This document shows positions 13,950-28,400 of a stretch of DNA of 64,000 nucleotides, piece by piece. The stretch's first letter is position 1. Each line of letters opens with the position of its first letter. Under the pieces are notes generated by a model. It was not told the DNA's origin. It saw nothing but the letters and a program-made list of their open reading frames with translations, and made no database searches. Origin of the DNA: Raillietiella orientalis. Taxonomy: Eukaryota. Location: the NCBI GenBank assembly GCA_036172245.1, contig JAYWIR010000010.1, positions 3,038,001 through 3,102,000 on the forward strand, given 5' to 3'. The position numbers were made by a program, and so were the translations under genes.

Positions 13950-14350
13950 CGAACTTCGTGTGCTCGCAGAGTGCAAATCTCACTTGCGTTTTCACCCGTG
14001 TTTCGAGTCTTCAGTGGGAAGACATCCCCGACGTTGTACTCTTCTCAATTGCCACGGAAACACGGAATCTCATCTGCCAACCCAGGTGCACGTCATGTCC
14101 TTCCCAAATTGTTTTCCATTCTTCCAGCTTCAGTATTGCAGTTTAACTTTAGTTTTCATTATCCAAAGCTGCAGTGATGTGAGCTGCACTGAACAGATTT
14201 ATCGTACAGCACAAGTCATCTCCTGTCGAGACGAACCCAAGTCATTCATCAATAAGAGGTATGTGAACCACCCAAAGTTCGGAGTTTTATTTATTGACAA
14301 GTCGAGCACTGAACATGCACTGAGTATCTACGACATCGGCATTGTATTTT
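13950..14350 (-). mobile_element. LINE reverse-transcriptase relic
   Basis: GWFTYLLLMNDLGSS...VKLQY*SWKNGKQFG resembles LFLIYxNDL...LQxDL..WSxxNxMxFN. Confidence 0.35.
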
Positions 14351-15380
14351 TTAAGGGTGAACAGATGGGTAATGAAGAAAAAAAAAATCCACACTTCTAT
14401 GGAAAATGCTGTTTACTAAATTTTAGACACAAAGCAGATCCGGGAGGCAAAGGATAAATTTGCAGGCATCCGTTGCATGAACCTTGTAGTTTTCTGAATC
14501 CAGAGCTCGAGCTTTTGACATTCGGTTGCTTTCCCTGTACCGTAAATAACACCTTCATTACAGTGGAGTTTCTGAGGAAACAGCAATTGGGAAAGCACCC
14601 TAGAAAAAAAATTGCGCACCTCTGCGACGGATCCCGATGCAAGTTGCCGACCTCCCCTATGCAAAGAGAAGTTAAAAGCCCCAAGTTCCAAAAGAAAAGA
14701 GAGCCTTCAAGGAATCGAGGGCATGAACATGAGAAACGGACGACCGGGAAGAAACCGGGAAAGGGAATCCGTCAGACTGATTTCAAAACTCCAATTGGCC
14801 TTCATTGCTAACAAAAGAATTCCATTTTCCTTTCCGTGTGAATTCCGAGCTGGGAGACACAGCTCCGGCAAGCACGCGCTAAGACGCGCACCTCCATTTG
14901 GCGCGGTTGACTTCCAGAGGACGTTGTTCATGACGCAACTCAAAGGGAATGCCTCCGACCCCTGCGACGGGAACGACAACTTCCCAAGGAGACCGAAACC
15001 ATTTTTTTTTTTTTATATTTTTTCCGACGTCCAAACCTCTTGCAGCTGCCCGGCGAAGAAAGCACAATAAAATGCCCCACGTAACACTGACAACGCGCAG
15101 GAGCGTTCAGTTTCTCTTTGTCTGCGGTTAGTTCCAGACGGGGAATCAAAGAATAGAATGCTTAGGAACGAAGTTCCTCAACATGCAAATCGGAAAAATT
15201 GTGAGCCTGATTTATTTCTTATCGCTCCCCGCTGTTGACTCTCATGCAACGCCGTAACGTTTCTCTTCTAATGGACCTCTTTCACGATTGCTGCTAATCA
15301 CTTAGAGAAAAGCGAATTGGACCCCACGTCTCCCGCCTTTTGCCAATACTTGATTTGGGATCAGAAACATGAATCATTAC

Positions 15381-15491
15381 CTCCAGTTACTTCGCAGGTG
15401 AAGGAGACAGCAGCGCCTTCCTGCAGTGGTCCATATTTCCCGCTACTCACAAAACCTCCAGCGTCATAAATTCGAAGTTTTTCCGGAGGCG
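15381..15491 (-). CDS. Coding exon 4: N-half of Ig2, (S)PPEKLRIYDAGGFVSSGKYGPLQEGAAVSFTCEVTG(G)
   Basis: Acceptor aatgttccag|, donor GAG|gtaatg. 111 nt, phase 1 to 1. Side-like GPxxEG...CEVxGG motif. Not in the ORF track. Confidence 0.92.
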
Positions 15492-15586
15492 CTGGAACAT
15501 TTGAACTATGATGAATCGATGTTGCATGAGGCATTACGTTTCTTTACAAGAGATCCAGCATTGAGTGCTGAACAGTCAGACGCGGC

Positions 15587-15800
15587 TCACAGCCTCAAGT
15601 GAAACTCTGCTGATACATTATAGATTATCCTTGATCTTACGCTCTCTTCAGATGCCATGGTACGAGTGCTGAATGCCTTCAATCTTGATATTCGCTTTGA
15701 ATTTACGAAAAAACTCTTCAGAGTTTGCCCTTTAGACTCGGTCGGCGGTGCGTAGGCAAGGATTACAGAAATAGAGAGAAGGTTAGATCGTAGAAACAAT
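15587..15800 (-). mobile_element. RTE-like AP-endonuclease relic just upstream of exon 4
   Basis: NLLSISVILAYAPPTESK...KSFF, compare RTE IIQVYAPT...FY. Confidence 0.45.
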
Positions 15801-18800
15801 TTTATTAAACAGCACTATGGTCAGCTGCAGAAAAAGTACTTTTTTTCTATCATTTTTTGCTTCTCGAATGCGTCACATAGGTCTTATGTTTTATGTACGG
15901 TAGATAAGTAGATTCGGGACTTCTATTCCGTTAGATATTTTGATCCGAATTTCATCAGCACATCTTTTCTTTTTTTTTTCGCTTAAAAGCAAAAAAAATT
16001 ATGATTTGTTTGGTTCATACCTAAAGATTACTCTGATGCAAAACAAGCTGTTTCAAAAAATAAATTCTCTAACCACTAATTTTCCATTAGAGCGATTATA
16101 CCAAAAGGTGGCAGTCCACATTCAGTCACCTTGGACTGTCCCCCCACGTTAGTTGTAGAAAACTGCTTTTGAAATCTCAGCGAAGCCAATCCAAGAGAGC
16201 GAAGCACGAAGCTTGCGACTAGACCTTTAGGATCATGGAATTAGATGACTTCATTTTCGTGATCTGTGCTCCGGTTGAAGCATCCTTCTCTTTCCATCCT
16301 CTTTTCCAGTCTCGTCTTTCTCCTTCTTCTCTGACCTCTTTGTTTCTTGACTTGAAGAGAGCTAGAAACACCTAAGTTGACGAGCAGGATATTATGCAAT
16401 CTTGAGTGACCATTTTCTTTCTTCTAAAGTGGCTCTGGAAATAGGCAGTGGTTTGCAAGATGGGTACAGCGATGGTGTATGATTTCGAGCAAGACTCTGG
16501 CGAGAGAAAGAACTCCGATGAGCACAAACTCGACAGAATCTGGAAGAAGATTCTAAAAATACGTAAAAGAGAACTCAAAGTAAGCATTGTGAGTGTTTTG
16601 GTCCAGTCGCTTTCTCTGGCCTTCCTCCTTGATCTCATTTCGCCACGAATCCAAGCATTTGAATTTCCATCAGAAGGGGATTTATTAATGAATTCTCTTT
16701 AAATGGAGCTGAGGGCTAGGAGGGAGGGGGGAGGGGACTCTGCAATAACGCCTTCTTCTCGAATATTCCAAGATAAGACGGAATTCGAATCAGCAGGTTT
16801 GATAAAACGATCTGATTTTTTATGACCTTTAGAAGAATAAATAGACCCCCATATTTAAACTTGTTAATCATCAATGGAAAATCGTGTAGGTATTCTTAAT
16901 AAATGTATCATTGCTTCTGATAGCTCTAAAACATTCGTCTTCAATTATAATTATGCGTTTTTTTTAAAAAAAAAAGAAACTGATTTTCTATCGGAACATA
17001 AATAAAACATCTTCCTGATTTTCCTACTACCTCAAATGCATGTATATTCTGCACCTTTAGTTTTTTGCATCTTCTAGCCAAACCCGACACACTCGTTTCT
17101 AATCCTATCTTTTCTTATCAGTCTTGAAATACCCTGAAGGCATGGATCTAGCTTCAAGAATCCTCAACCTGTGGAAAGCAGTGCCACCAGTCGCCATTAC
17201 CGAGAAGACGATCACTAGCAATTCCATGACCTTGACGGAATTCCTGCTCAAAAAAACGTACAGATGCTGGGTCTCTCTTGAAGTAAACTATCAGATAATA
17301 AGGCTGTATCCAGGAGAAAACTCGTATCTTAAATGAGTCCCTAAAGTACTCTCCTTTGTGCAGTAAGGCGCTGAGGGCCAAAGGTTAACGATCAACGAAA
17401 GCAGAAATGCCAAGGAACTCGTCAATTTCAGTAGCATCTTTCGCGAAGACAAGGAAAAATTCAGCTGGTTCCAGAAAAGCAGTTTTCGACTAGACGAAGG
17501 AGTTACTGATGAGGATCAGTCGGGCTTCAAGCTTCTCTCGAGATCATCTGTTGGTAGAAAGCATTCGTCATCACTGTTGCACGAGGTGTGGGGACCACTA
17601 ATGAGAAAAGGAAGGCTTCATGGAAAGCAGTGCTTCTCTCCCTTTCGACCAATCGGTTTTCTTCTGAAGTGTCGAAGTGCGGCACTCGATTTCATCATTC
17701 AGATGAAACTGCGTGTATCGTGCTTCTCCGTTGCATGCTGTCTGGACCTGAAGTCACGCCCTCCCCTTCCAAATTGCTTTTCCCCGATTGCTTCCAGTTC
17801 TATTGCTTCGCGAGTCTGTACCCTTGGCACACGCTCAGGTGCTTTACCCCCGCCCGTCGGTCCAGTGCGCTGCTGCATCAGTACAGCTTAATAGCATCCG
17901 AAAAAAGCAAAGCTCGTTTCGGGCTTTTTAAGCAAATTCTTTCCGAGCTTCCCGAATTCAAGCGGCCAGACGACCTTTGAATTCGGGAGATGACCTTCCC
18001 TGCAACAAACCTCTCACAAGGAAACGAAATACTGAGAAATTTTGTAGAAATTACCAGAAACGAGAAGGAGTCCCGAGTACCCCGTCTTGCTCTGCTTTTA
18101 TTTTCTTCCGAACTTCCATCATCCACCATCCTTTCGTAGCTTCCTCTATTTCGATCTCCCTCTATTCGTTATTACCACCCGCTTTCTATCCTTCCTTCCC
18201 TCCCCGCATCCTGGAATTCTCGTTCCTTTCCTTTGACTCATTTTGGCTCAGCAGGTGAACTGTCTCCTCCGAGTTTGGACCAGCACCAAGGAGCTCCAAT
18301 TAGAAGGAGACGGGTGCATCTTCCATAGATCGCGAAGCTCCCTATCGTTCTCCACCAACAACAGTGATACGGACATGCGCCACCCTCTCCCCGCGCTTAG
18401 CCACAGCGCTCCCTTCCCTAGGAGAGAGTGATCGCAGCAGCCGGTTGGCTAGGTGGGAGGTTTCTTGCTGCCTAGCAGCAGCCGGTAAACCGAAAGAAGG
18501 TGGGTTGGCCTGGCATCTTTCGTTCCCAAGGATTGAAGTGGTGAGCCCAAGACCGACATCTTCCTCTGGATGTACCAGTGACTCGCACCATCCTCTGAAC
18601 GCTCCAGTACTCCTCCCCTCCAGTGACAGCACAAGGCGACACTCTTTCTGCACGGAGATTTCCCGTCCAACCGACGCCGGCACGACTGCACGGGAGGGAG
18701 ACAGAAAGAGACGGGGGCTCTAAAGATGCTGTGCTGCATCTGTGCAGCGGTCGCGAATCGCCACGTGGTGTAACAACAGATGACAGTCATCCATGATGCA

Positions 18801-20430
18801 GAGGTTGGCAAGATGAGCTTACCTTCATCCGGCTATAAGAAAGATGCTGAACCAAGTCCCTGGTGACCCTTCCTTACTCCTCTCACCCCGCCCCCCCATC
18901 GTCCCTTTTCCTAGAGGCTACAGACGTTTGAGCCTAGTGTTTCCACATACCGGGCCTATTCATTTTTATCCTGTATTCCACCCGCAATCCCTCCGTCTCC
19001 ATCGAGAGCGTTTTTCTCTTAGCCATCGACCTGCTTGCCGCGTTCCCCGAACCGTGCCTCCAGAGTACGGAAAGGTATGTTTATCCACTTTGAATGAACG
19101 TCCCGGAGGGATCGGATTTCAGACAACCATAGTGATACTGGCAATAACTTTAAGAGATTGTAAGGAATCCTCTTTGGAGAATGATACAGATGAGGAGCCA
19201 CCGAGATCTGGGGTGCACTGCTTCTAGAATTCTCTTTCCTGTGATTTGAAGACTGCAGTGCGAACAATCAGCTGACTCGTCTCGCGGGTCTCTTTCCCGC
19301 ACATGACCATGGGCGCAAACGAGCACAAACTCCTGAACCGACGAAGATCCTGTGGAACTGATGAATGCTTGGGACGTGCCCACCGATTGGAGACACAGAT
19401 CTACGCCCGCACTATCCTTGCATACTGTGCGTAGTCCTCTGTATGCATCGCTCACGGCATGCAAAGAACTCGGTTCTCCGAGAGCCGAAGGTCAGTCTCT
19501 AAACAGAGAATCGGTGCAGAATAAGGGAGGGCAGGAAAGGAAGACCCATAGAACGGTGGAATCCCAAAAACTTTCAAAGAAGCCCCGTGGAGTTCCTTTC
19601 CACGCGGGCATATCGTGTTGATTACCGGAGGGTGCTTGAAGAATTCGGTAACGATTCGGAGGACCGAGTTTCCTCTGCACAGGAGGAGCTGCTTGGGAAA
19701 CCACGTCAATCAACTCAAAGGATACTTTGCGTTCGTCTTTACGGCGCTGGGCGTAAACGGCAAGTTCGCGATTCCTTCCGGTCGCCTTGGCTCTGAAGAT
19801 CCCCGACCTTCCATGACAAAGTCAGTCATTCTCTTCCCGTTTGTTGGTTGGTTTCTCCTGTTGCAAGAAAACGAACACTTTCCGGACACGAATATCCCTA
19901 GTCCTCTTAGCCTCACAGCTAACTATCCAAGAACCGTTCGACGAGGCACTCACGAAGCTCTTTAACCCGTTGAATGCTATGTACTCCTGTAGGGGTTCTG
20001 CGAAAATTCGGCGTGGACTGTGGACCCATCTATGCGTTTGGGGAATGCTTTCACCTTGTACACACGACACAATTTAACACTATCAATGTTTTGAGATGGA
20101 CGACGCATACCTTTGCGTTCTCATAAGTACCTTAGCAGTGGCAGTAAACAAAATTCTATTTATATCGGCTGACGATTCTCGTTTTTTCAGAGCCACTTCT
20201 CTGTGTAAATAAAATACGCAAACAATGAATTAAAATGTAAATAAACAACAAACAGAGGTGTAAATAAACAATTATAATAGTAACTTTAATCAGCACTCTA
20301 TGTAGTCAGTCGGTACCTCGATAAGCAAGCGGTACGTGAGAAAGCGTTCCGTTCCAAAGAGATCCCATCTGCGACTCGCGTGCCGTCAACACGGAACGTT
20401 GAAATCTGACCTTCGCACCCAAAGGATCAA

Positions 20431-21122
20431 CACTACGCCACCCGAAGGTGCGTCTAACTCTGTCAGTTAGGGAATACTCCGAGGGGGGACTACTCGAATC
20501 CAGGAAGGCTCCGGAGTGAGGAGTCCGTTTCCTCTTACTCTATGTAGCGGAACCCCTGAAGGAACCGTCCACCCTGGTTGTCTCCGAAGGGAGCCCTGAA
20601 GGACTTTTTTATTTTCTCCAGGGAAAACCCAAAAAGAAAGCTCTCCTGAATTTCTTCTCCGGAGGGACGCTCCCGGGAAAAATCCTTCCCTTGTTTCCTC
20701 TTCCGAAGAGAACCCTGAAGGAACGCTTCCCAATTTCGCTGAAGGGCGCTCCCCGAAGGGAGCAGAGCGCTTCTGACACTCTGGAGAGGCGACCTCCCCA
20801 GGAGGAGGGTCATCAACCGATTCCACGGTACGCGATGGAGGACGGCTGCAGTTTCACAACAGGAGGAGAACGGTTCCTTGATTCCTGGAAGGAACCCGGA
20901 GGGTCACCTTCCAAATCTCGGTCACTCAATGGAGTTACCCGGTTTCCGGCTCCGACCAGCGCCGTACCCGAATATCGGCCAACCGGCCTCATCCTGCGAG
21001 GGGGACTCGAAACCCATGACGCACCTATTTCTCGGGGTTTCGATCCTCCACGTAGGGATTCGAACCCGCAACTCTTGGTGCCACACGCGGAGACCGCAAT
21101 CTCACGAGCGTCAATGCGGGTC
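20431..21122 (-). mobile_element. tRNA-headed SINE-like element, copy A (3' tail truncated)
   Basis: Head with B-box GGGTTCGAATCCC. Body homologous to four other copies in the window. Confidence 0.8.
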
Positions 21123-24100
21123 TCATAGCTGAGCTCAGATTACCACCCCTTCTTGTGGTTCAAACATTCCTGGATGCTGCTGACGACTGAGCTTTTGAAT
21201 CGGGACAGCCCTGCAAATAGGGGAGAGATGCCAGAAAGCGGGAGATCTTAGAAAGGTCTGGTAGCTCTCCCAGGGCACTCCCTTGCCCCTCGAGGACGCA
21301 CTCGAGCCTGGCGCGTGTTCCCTTCCCCGAGCGTGCCGAGCCCAGCAGCCCGGTACCGCCCTGCCTTCCAGGCACGCGATCCAACGGAAAGGAATCCTCG
21401 GGTCGTGCCTGAGTGAATGAGAACAAGGCAAAGCTATTAATCTTCCCCGATCCCGGAACGCCGCGTCGGATTTTGAGAGACTGTCAGGCTCTCTGCGATT
21501 GCCCCCCGTGACAGATGAATGCACCGCACTTCCCACCACGGGGTCCGGAGGGAGTCGCCTGCTTCACCAGCCGCGCGGTGCTCGGCTGACTCTGCAGACC
21601 TACCACGGCCCGCTTCTTCCCCGTTCGCCCGAAGCAGTGGGCGACGAATCCAGGTCGTCCGGTGTGCTGAATTGTCCGGGACGCAGCGATCGGGGGCGAC
21701 GGGTTGGCAAATCTGGTCGAGGGGCGACAAAGAAGCTCTGTGAGCGGTCAAGGACTGCTGCGAATGGAAATCAATCCACTGGAACACGCGAAGGAGCCAA
21801 AGAAGGAGGAGGGAGATGAAGAGCGCCCTGAAAGTAGCGAAGAACGTCGTTCTTGGAAACGGGAGATCGGCTGGGAAACTGGATCGGACGCGGAGCTAGA
21901 CCAGCGAGGAAGGTTCTTAAGCTGGTTGAGGTGCTCTTGAAGGTATGGAAAGGGAATTTTCTGGAGGAGAGCATCAGCGTGCCATTCTTGGAAGCTCATT
22001 TACCGCGTACCGAGGCAGGTGCATCCGCCATGAACAAGAGGAACACGCTGACTTTTCGTGTCGACGGTAGACAAACAGCCGTTCCCACATGACCTTCGGA
22101 TACAATTTTTCCGAAGCACTCTGGGAAGCATCCGGACACCTTCTGTGTCCTGTCTGTCCTTACTTCTTATTTTCGTCTTTCCAGAGTCACTTTTCAGAAC
22201 TCAAGAAGAGATTCAGAGTGAAAGTGTCCCTGCAACCCTGGGAGTAGGAAAGAAATAGAGGAATTGGCGAAGCCTGCGAGGAGGACTCTATAATGAACAG
22301 CGAGATAGGCGACTGGGATGCTTAAGATGTAGTCAAGGCACTGGCATCAAATCACGAAATCTCCCCTGCAGAAAATCCACCCTTATGTTTAGAAATCCTG
22401 GAGAACTGGGTACGAACCACAAGACCTCCTTGAAAACCAGCTGTCCTGCCACTTTCCGTTCTGTGCAGCGAGGACTGGAAACGGTCCCTAGGAACAGCGA
22501 GATGTCATTAGTGAGCTTCTCCACCGATGAGCGCTCCTGAGCTCTCTAAAAAGTTGGTAAGTCCGTGGGATTCCAGGACTCGAAAGTGGGTCTCAAGGCA
22601 AGCAGCATCAGGTAACAACGGTGAGTCTGCAGGCGGCGTGTGGAACCGCTCGACTAAAGAGGAAGCAAGCAGAAACGTAGGAGCTAAATGGATAGGGGAT
22701 CCGAGACGCGAGCTATTGAAGAGCCTTGGCTTTATCTATGTGGATCGCCTAAAAGAGAAAGACACTGAGTGCACTGAGAGAGAAGCACTAAGACTGAGAC
22801 TAAGAGAGGACAGCAGTAGCTCTACTGCTGTCCAGGTGAGCAGTAGCTGCTGAAAACGCGGGAGAGAAACGAGCAGAGGAAGAATGAGCCACTTCTCACG
22901 ATGACCCAGCTCTTCAGCAATCACTTGGTAAAGATAGTAGATCAGGGGTTCCATAAACACCCTCATTGCTCATCTTGCTGCGTGCCATGGTTAGAAAATA
23001 TTTCAACCATCAATGGTTGCAGAAACCATTGACGGCTAAATTATTTTCTTGAAGATAGGTCTTTCTTTTCTCAGAATACTTTCTGGAAGATAGCTAAAAT
23101 ATTTTCTGAAAGGTACCTCTGGTGCAGCTTCAGTCTTGCAGAATGAATTTCGCTTTCCGTACGTGGAAAAGGAGGCTCATAGGAGCAGATACCGAGGACT
23201 TTATCTGTGCTTCCAGGAAGTCCACTCTTCTGCTGACGAATGCTGTCCTGAGAAATGGCACTCCCTGCTTCTTCCAGGTTCCATCTGCGATTCTACAATA
23301 GGACTCTCCTATGGTTTGCACGGCACAATCGGATCCAACTGATCAGATGATACTCGTTTTGTGCGGACTGCGGCAGGCCCATCGTACGAAAATGCGGAAT
23401 CCATGACTTTGTTGCTAAGGATGCTGTTGTGTTTCGTGCTGGCGGCATATGAGCCTGTCTTGCCACGTGTCAAAATAAAAAGAACTTATTTCACCACTCT
23501 GACAATCCAAGTAGCTTTCTGCTAGCTGAACGGAACCGATTACTTCGCCCCCTCCACTACGGCGACTTGAAAATCATTGGTGACGGAGGCTTCTTTTCCA
23601 GCATTTGCAACCATTCGAATGGCGCTCCGGGATCACGGATCCCGAATTTGTTCGTGACTTCAAATCGACTCATCGTAGTTTCCCTACGACACATCATCTA
23701 GAAAAGGCATGGAAAGAAACTGGGATAGACAGTGACCAGGTCTTCGATGAGATGCGGATTTCTTGTATTGCATTCTGATTTGAAATTTCCTTTTCGCGGC
23801 GATTATTTCTCTTTTGACAAGATGCAGCTTCAGGGAGGGATTCGTGCTATGAATTTTCAGTTTCTTACTCCGGCTGACGATCCCACAGTGACCATTGCAG
23901 TTATCTTTTCATCAAGTTATGCAGTTTCTCTGCATTCTAACATGAGGTTTCACACGTAAATGTAAGATACAGACCTCATGCTGCATCAATTCTGGCTAGT
24001 GAAGACTGCAAAGAACAAAGATGCTTCTCAAGCGAAAGTGGCGTTACAGAGGTTGACGCAAATTCTTTCATCCAACGGGAAATCGATGCTCTTGAGAAGA

Positions 24101-24949
24101 TCAACAAATTATGTGATAAAATTCGCATACGAAACAGCTTCCAAATTTGCTAATTTCACATCTTTTACTTCTTTGTACTCTTTTCTTCAGAGTTGGATTT
24201 GTTACTGCAAAAACCAGTAGGTAGCTGGTATTTGTTACTGCCAAATACCAGCTACTCGGAGCTGGTATTTGGGAGGAGAACGGTTGTTCTCTTCGCGAAA
24301 TCCCTCATTAAAAATGAATCCGTTTTTCTTTCTCCACGACGAATTAAACTCATTTCTACTATGACTGTGCTGGATGCAAGCAGCATCCGATCGCAGCTTT
24401 CACAGTAGGATATAAAAAATACAAAAAAATGGAAATTCTTGGCGTGATGACTTGAAGCTTCCGTACAATACCATCAGCTCCATGGGAGAAACGACTGCAT
24501 GATGATTTCACGAATGCTTTTCCTAATGGTACATGGTGCAGCATGTGTTCCAGTAGTAGTCGTTCTTATCATGATCCACTGATTTGTTGGTCCAGTTGTT
24601 TCGAGAACCCGACGATCACACTGACTGTTTTTGCGTGATTACCTTTTTCGCGGTCTTTTCTCTGATTGAAGACACGTGTTGTGTCTCGACATTACCAAAA
24701 ATGAGTCATCGCTCTAGTGACGCTCAGGGCCAGAGATCCCGAAAATGGAGCAAGGGAATCGAAGAAATGCGGAGAGGGAAACGACGAGATACCAGAACCA
24801 AGGGTGCATTCGTGCAAGCAGCTCATATCAAGAGACGTGGTTTCTGTCGCAAGATGGACGGAACACGAGGGGCACAATGGGCGCAGAAACAATTAGCAAT
24901 GAGGAATGATCTCGAACACTCATGAGCTTCTCAAAGATTGAACAATTTT

Positions 24950-25450
24950 GCTCAGGGAATCCGTGAATTTATTCGGAACAGAGCCGACTTAGAAAGAGGC
25001 CATATGACTCTCCTTCTATCACGGAATACATGCGATCAATGGTCCAATCTCACACCCTTTTTTCCTCTACCAAGGCTGTTAGCTTGATCTTCGACTTTAC
25101 AAGTGCCTTTAGGCTGATGACATTCTGCTGAACTGCCTAGGTGACTTCTCTTTCGTTCGGACAACATCCTAGCCAATGCATCCAGCAGATGTCTCGACTT
25201 GATTGTTGAACGGTGGATGACCTCAGAGTGTCAAGAAGTGCTTGCGAAAGAAAGCACATCAAATACAAAGACCTCGCTGTCTCCTTGTCAAAGAAGGATG
25301 TTTAGGTGACGGCTAGAGTCCGGATGTTTCGATCTCTAGCGTCGTAGGACATCGAATGAAGACGTGATTCAAGAGCTGGAGATCTCGCGGCTGCACCTCG
25401 ACAAAATGTTGTCTTCAACATCTAATATGGCCAAGATATCTGTTGGACAC
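24950..25450 (+). mobile_element. LINE reverse-transcriptase relic (CR1/L2-like)
   Basis: IREFIRNR, then GIHAINGPISHPFFLY...CL*ADDILL (a mutated YADD), then YKDLAVSL. Confidence 0.5.
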
Positions 25451-28400
25451 ATAGACTGGGATATCCTCCTGATGAATAGAAAGCACAGAACATGGGTGTC
25501 GAAGAACAACTAGTACTAACTGATGTGAATGTTGACAGAGGATTTTTAGAAACGATGCCATAACTCTCTCAAGATCGCAAGTGCCTGTTCATGCAGACCT
25601 GACACGAAGGTGATTAAGAGCGCAAACCTCCCTGTCCCTTCCTCTTATGTGATTCTTTCCTGGACTCAAATTAATAGATCTCGTTCGTGAACGTTCCTGG
25701 GACCTTTCAAGAGTACATTTCGATTCGTCTTAGGGTCAATACTTCTAGATGAGGACATCATCAACTTCTATCGGATCCTCGATGCCACCTTGTGCTGCTG
25801 AAAGTGCCATCTTTGATTTTGGATTTTGTTAATGGTCTGGAGTGGTAAGAATCGGGGTGCAGCGACTTGAATCCCGAAGGAATAAGAAACGATGCGACTG
25901 GATTTCGGGAGCGGCATTTTCTCATCCCATCTGTAGCTCACGGAAGGGTTTGCTAGGGTCGCCGACCAATGAACTGAAGTTGGTTTCAGAATTTGGCCGT
26001 CGATCCGGACTATTGAACTTTCGGTCTGGTCAAGTCGTCATACGATACTGACCTCCGATCTGGGAGCTGGCAATGAACACCACGTGAGCGCTCACGACTC
26101 AATACGTCTTGATGGTCTCTCGGGTGAGCATTTCGCATTTCCAACTGTCCTCTCTCCTACTGCATGTGACTATCGTGTGTTTCCGCGCGTTTCGTGCAGG
26201 CATTGATCTGCTTAATGATAGAGCACTTGGGAAATGTAAATAATGATTTTCCATGTTTCAATCAGGGCATATTTTCTGTACATCTGTTTTTACTCAATCC
26301 TTCCCACTCCTTCCCTCTAAGAATTGCGGTAATTACACTTAACGAGTACGCTTTCAATAATCAGTTACGGTTTCGTGTGATGTTTTGTGCTACCAAATCA
26401 TGACCAAGAGTGGCAGGGGAATAGAAAAAAAAAAAAAGGACAGGGAGAATGAAGTTTTTTTTTTTATTTTCGGGTTCTATTTTATTTCTACTCCGAGGCA
26501 TCTCTTGCGATTTTCTTACTCTTTCGGCGCGCAATCGAAGTCACGCGTGAAATGCAAGCCGACTGCCTTCTGGCAAACACAAAGTTAGCCCCAGAAAAGC
26601 ATTACAAAAAAAAAAAAAACGATGAAACTCCTTGGGATGCTGAACAACATGGACAATTGAAGAGCATGTGAAAAACACAGAACTAATTAATGATAACGCA
26701 AGATTAATAAAAGCCGGAAATCGAGGTTTCGGGGCTTGCAGAGAACTATGTAATCTAAGTTCATCCGGATTTACATCTTTGTTTTTATTTCAGCAAACAA
26801 GGGGTTTATGGCGATTGCACCGAATCTGCAGCAGGACCGAAATGCAACCAATGCGCATCATCCCCGTTGTTGCATTGGAAACTCAGCTGTTTCCCATTCT
26901 CGGTACCCAAATACAATCCGTGTTCTGAGGAAGGAAGAAAACCAGCAACACCAATCTGATTCCTTTGTTCTTTTATCATCATTTTTATTGAGCTTTTTTT
27001 CTTGCTAATCTGTTAGCGCCGCATCCCAAGAGTGCCGCTGCAGATGCAAGGAATATTAATTTTGCGAATAGGAAGAGGATAGACTGAAGAATGCCACGGG
27101 AAAGATTGGACTTTTCAAAAGAAAACACCATAACAAAAGATTAATGGATGCTGAGCAGCACTCCTTGCGTTGAATCTCCTAAATTTTCGAGAACCGTAGC
27201 CCTCATAGGAAGTGGAATTCTGAACACATTTGCTCGTAAATGATTAAAATGGATTTAAACAGAGAGGATCGTTCATTCAGAGGATATCCAGCCAACATTT
27301 GAGGAACACTGCTGCACAGATCACCACCACGTTTCTTACGGGAAAGGCAGACCGCTTTCGATTTCATGGATTTCAGAGGCATACAGTAGCTTCACAGTTT
27401 TCGCTCAAGATCCCCACTTCTACCATTAAAATGCTCAGCATCCCAGGATCGAGTATGCGAATCAAGTGAAACGAGCACGGGCACATCCCATAACGAAATG
27501 CGTTTAGTCGATTCCACTCGATCTGCAGAATGCATCTTTACGAGTTTTGCAAAGAAAGACGGAGGAATTCGGTGGTGAGAATGCAAGGAAAATACGAGTG
27601 GTCGATGTTCAGCATCCCACGTCGAACACCGTGCTGCAAAACTTGCCGAGACGCACTGCTTACGAGCAAACCGAAATCCCCACGGTTTCGGCAGATTGTG
27701 GGACGGGGGTACCGCCCTTCAGCGCGCCAGGGGCTCCAAGTTCCCTCTCCGTTCTGATTTGCGCACAGGAACATGGCGAAAAAAGATGGACTCATCGAAA
27801 CATCACGAATGCTCAGCTCGGAGAAATCTGAAGAGGGCAGCTCAAGATTTCCTTTTCAACCTCTAGCAAAAAGGATTTTCGAACAAGAGGCAGGCTGAAC
27901 TGCAAGACTGAACAGTCAAGACCGGTCGTGTGGAGGCTTATTCTTCTTTTGAGGATCTCTTCCGCATGGAGACCATGGTCCATTTTACAGAGCGGACGGG
28001 ATAGGGAAAATAACAACGGGATTTACTGAGTCTGAAGATTGAGGGTTGTGGCAGGTTTCTCCAAACGCTTCCCAGATCATGTAGAACGCACCATTTAACC
28101 AATTGAGGTAAAGACAGCGAATTCTTTAACATTTGCTTCATCGTCCAGAACGTCAGGATGGCTTCATACGTACGACTGTAAGAAGTGGCACTGCTAACAA
28201 CATGCGAGTAATCGGTGGTAATTCTAGTGAAATTTTGCCAATGACCGCTATTATGAGCAGGGTTGTGACTCTTGGAAGATATTCTAGAGTCTCTTTTCGT
28301 AAGATGAAACTGTCTTCTGATGTAACTTTCATCATGAAAAAGAACAACATGAGTAGAGGAAAGCCAGGACGATTGCCATCGAGGTTACATTGAGGATTTT

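Noticed and set aside
20135..20146. 12-nt match to the U4 snRNA 5' region (gcagtggcagta)
   Set aside because: Too short, with no extension and no TSD.
20467..21132. Near-identical ORFs here and at 29076-29864 that look like a duplicated gene
   Set aside because: They arise from the non-coding SINE core, and the frames are not preserved in the other three copies.
26815..26923. Ig-like looking peptide HGLYLGTENGKQLSFQCNNGDDAHW behind a good acceptor
   Set aside because: Splicing from exon 3 creates T|AA, a stop codon. The frame also ends in a stop, and true exon 4 was found elsewhere.
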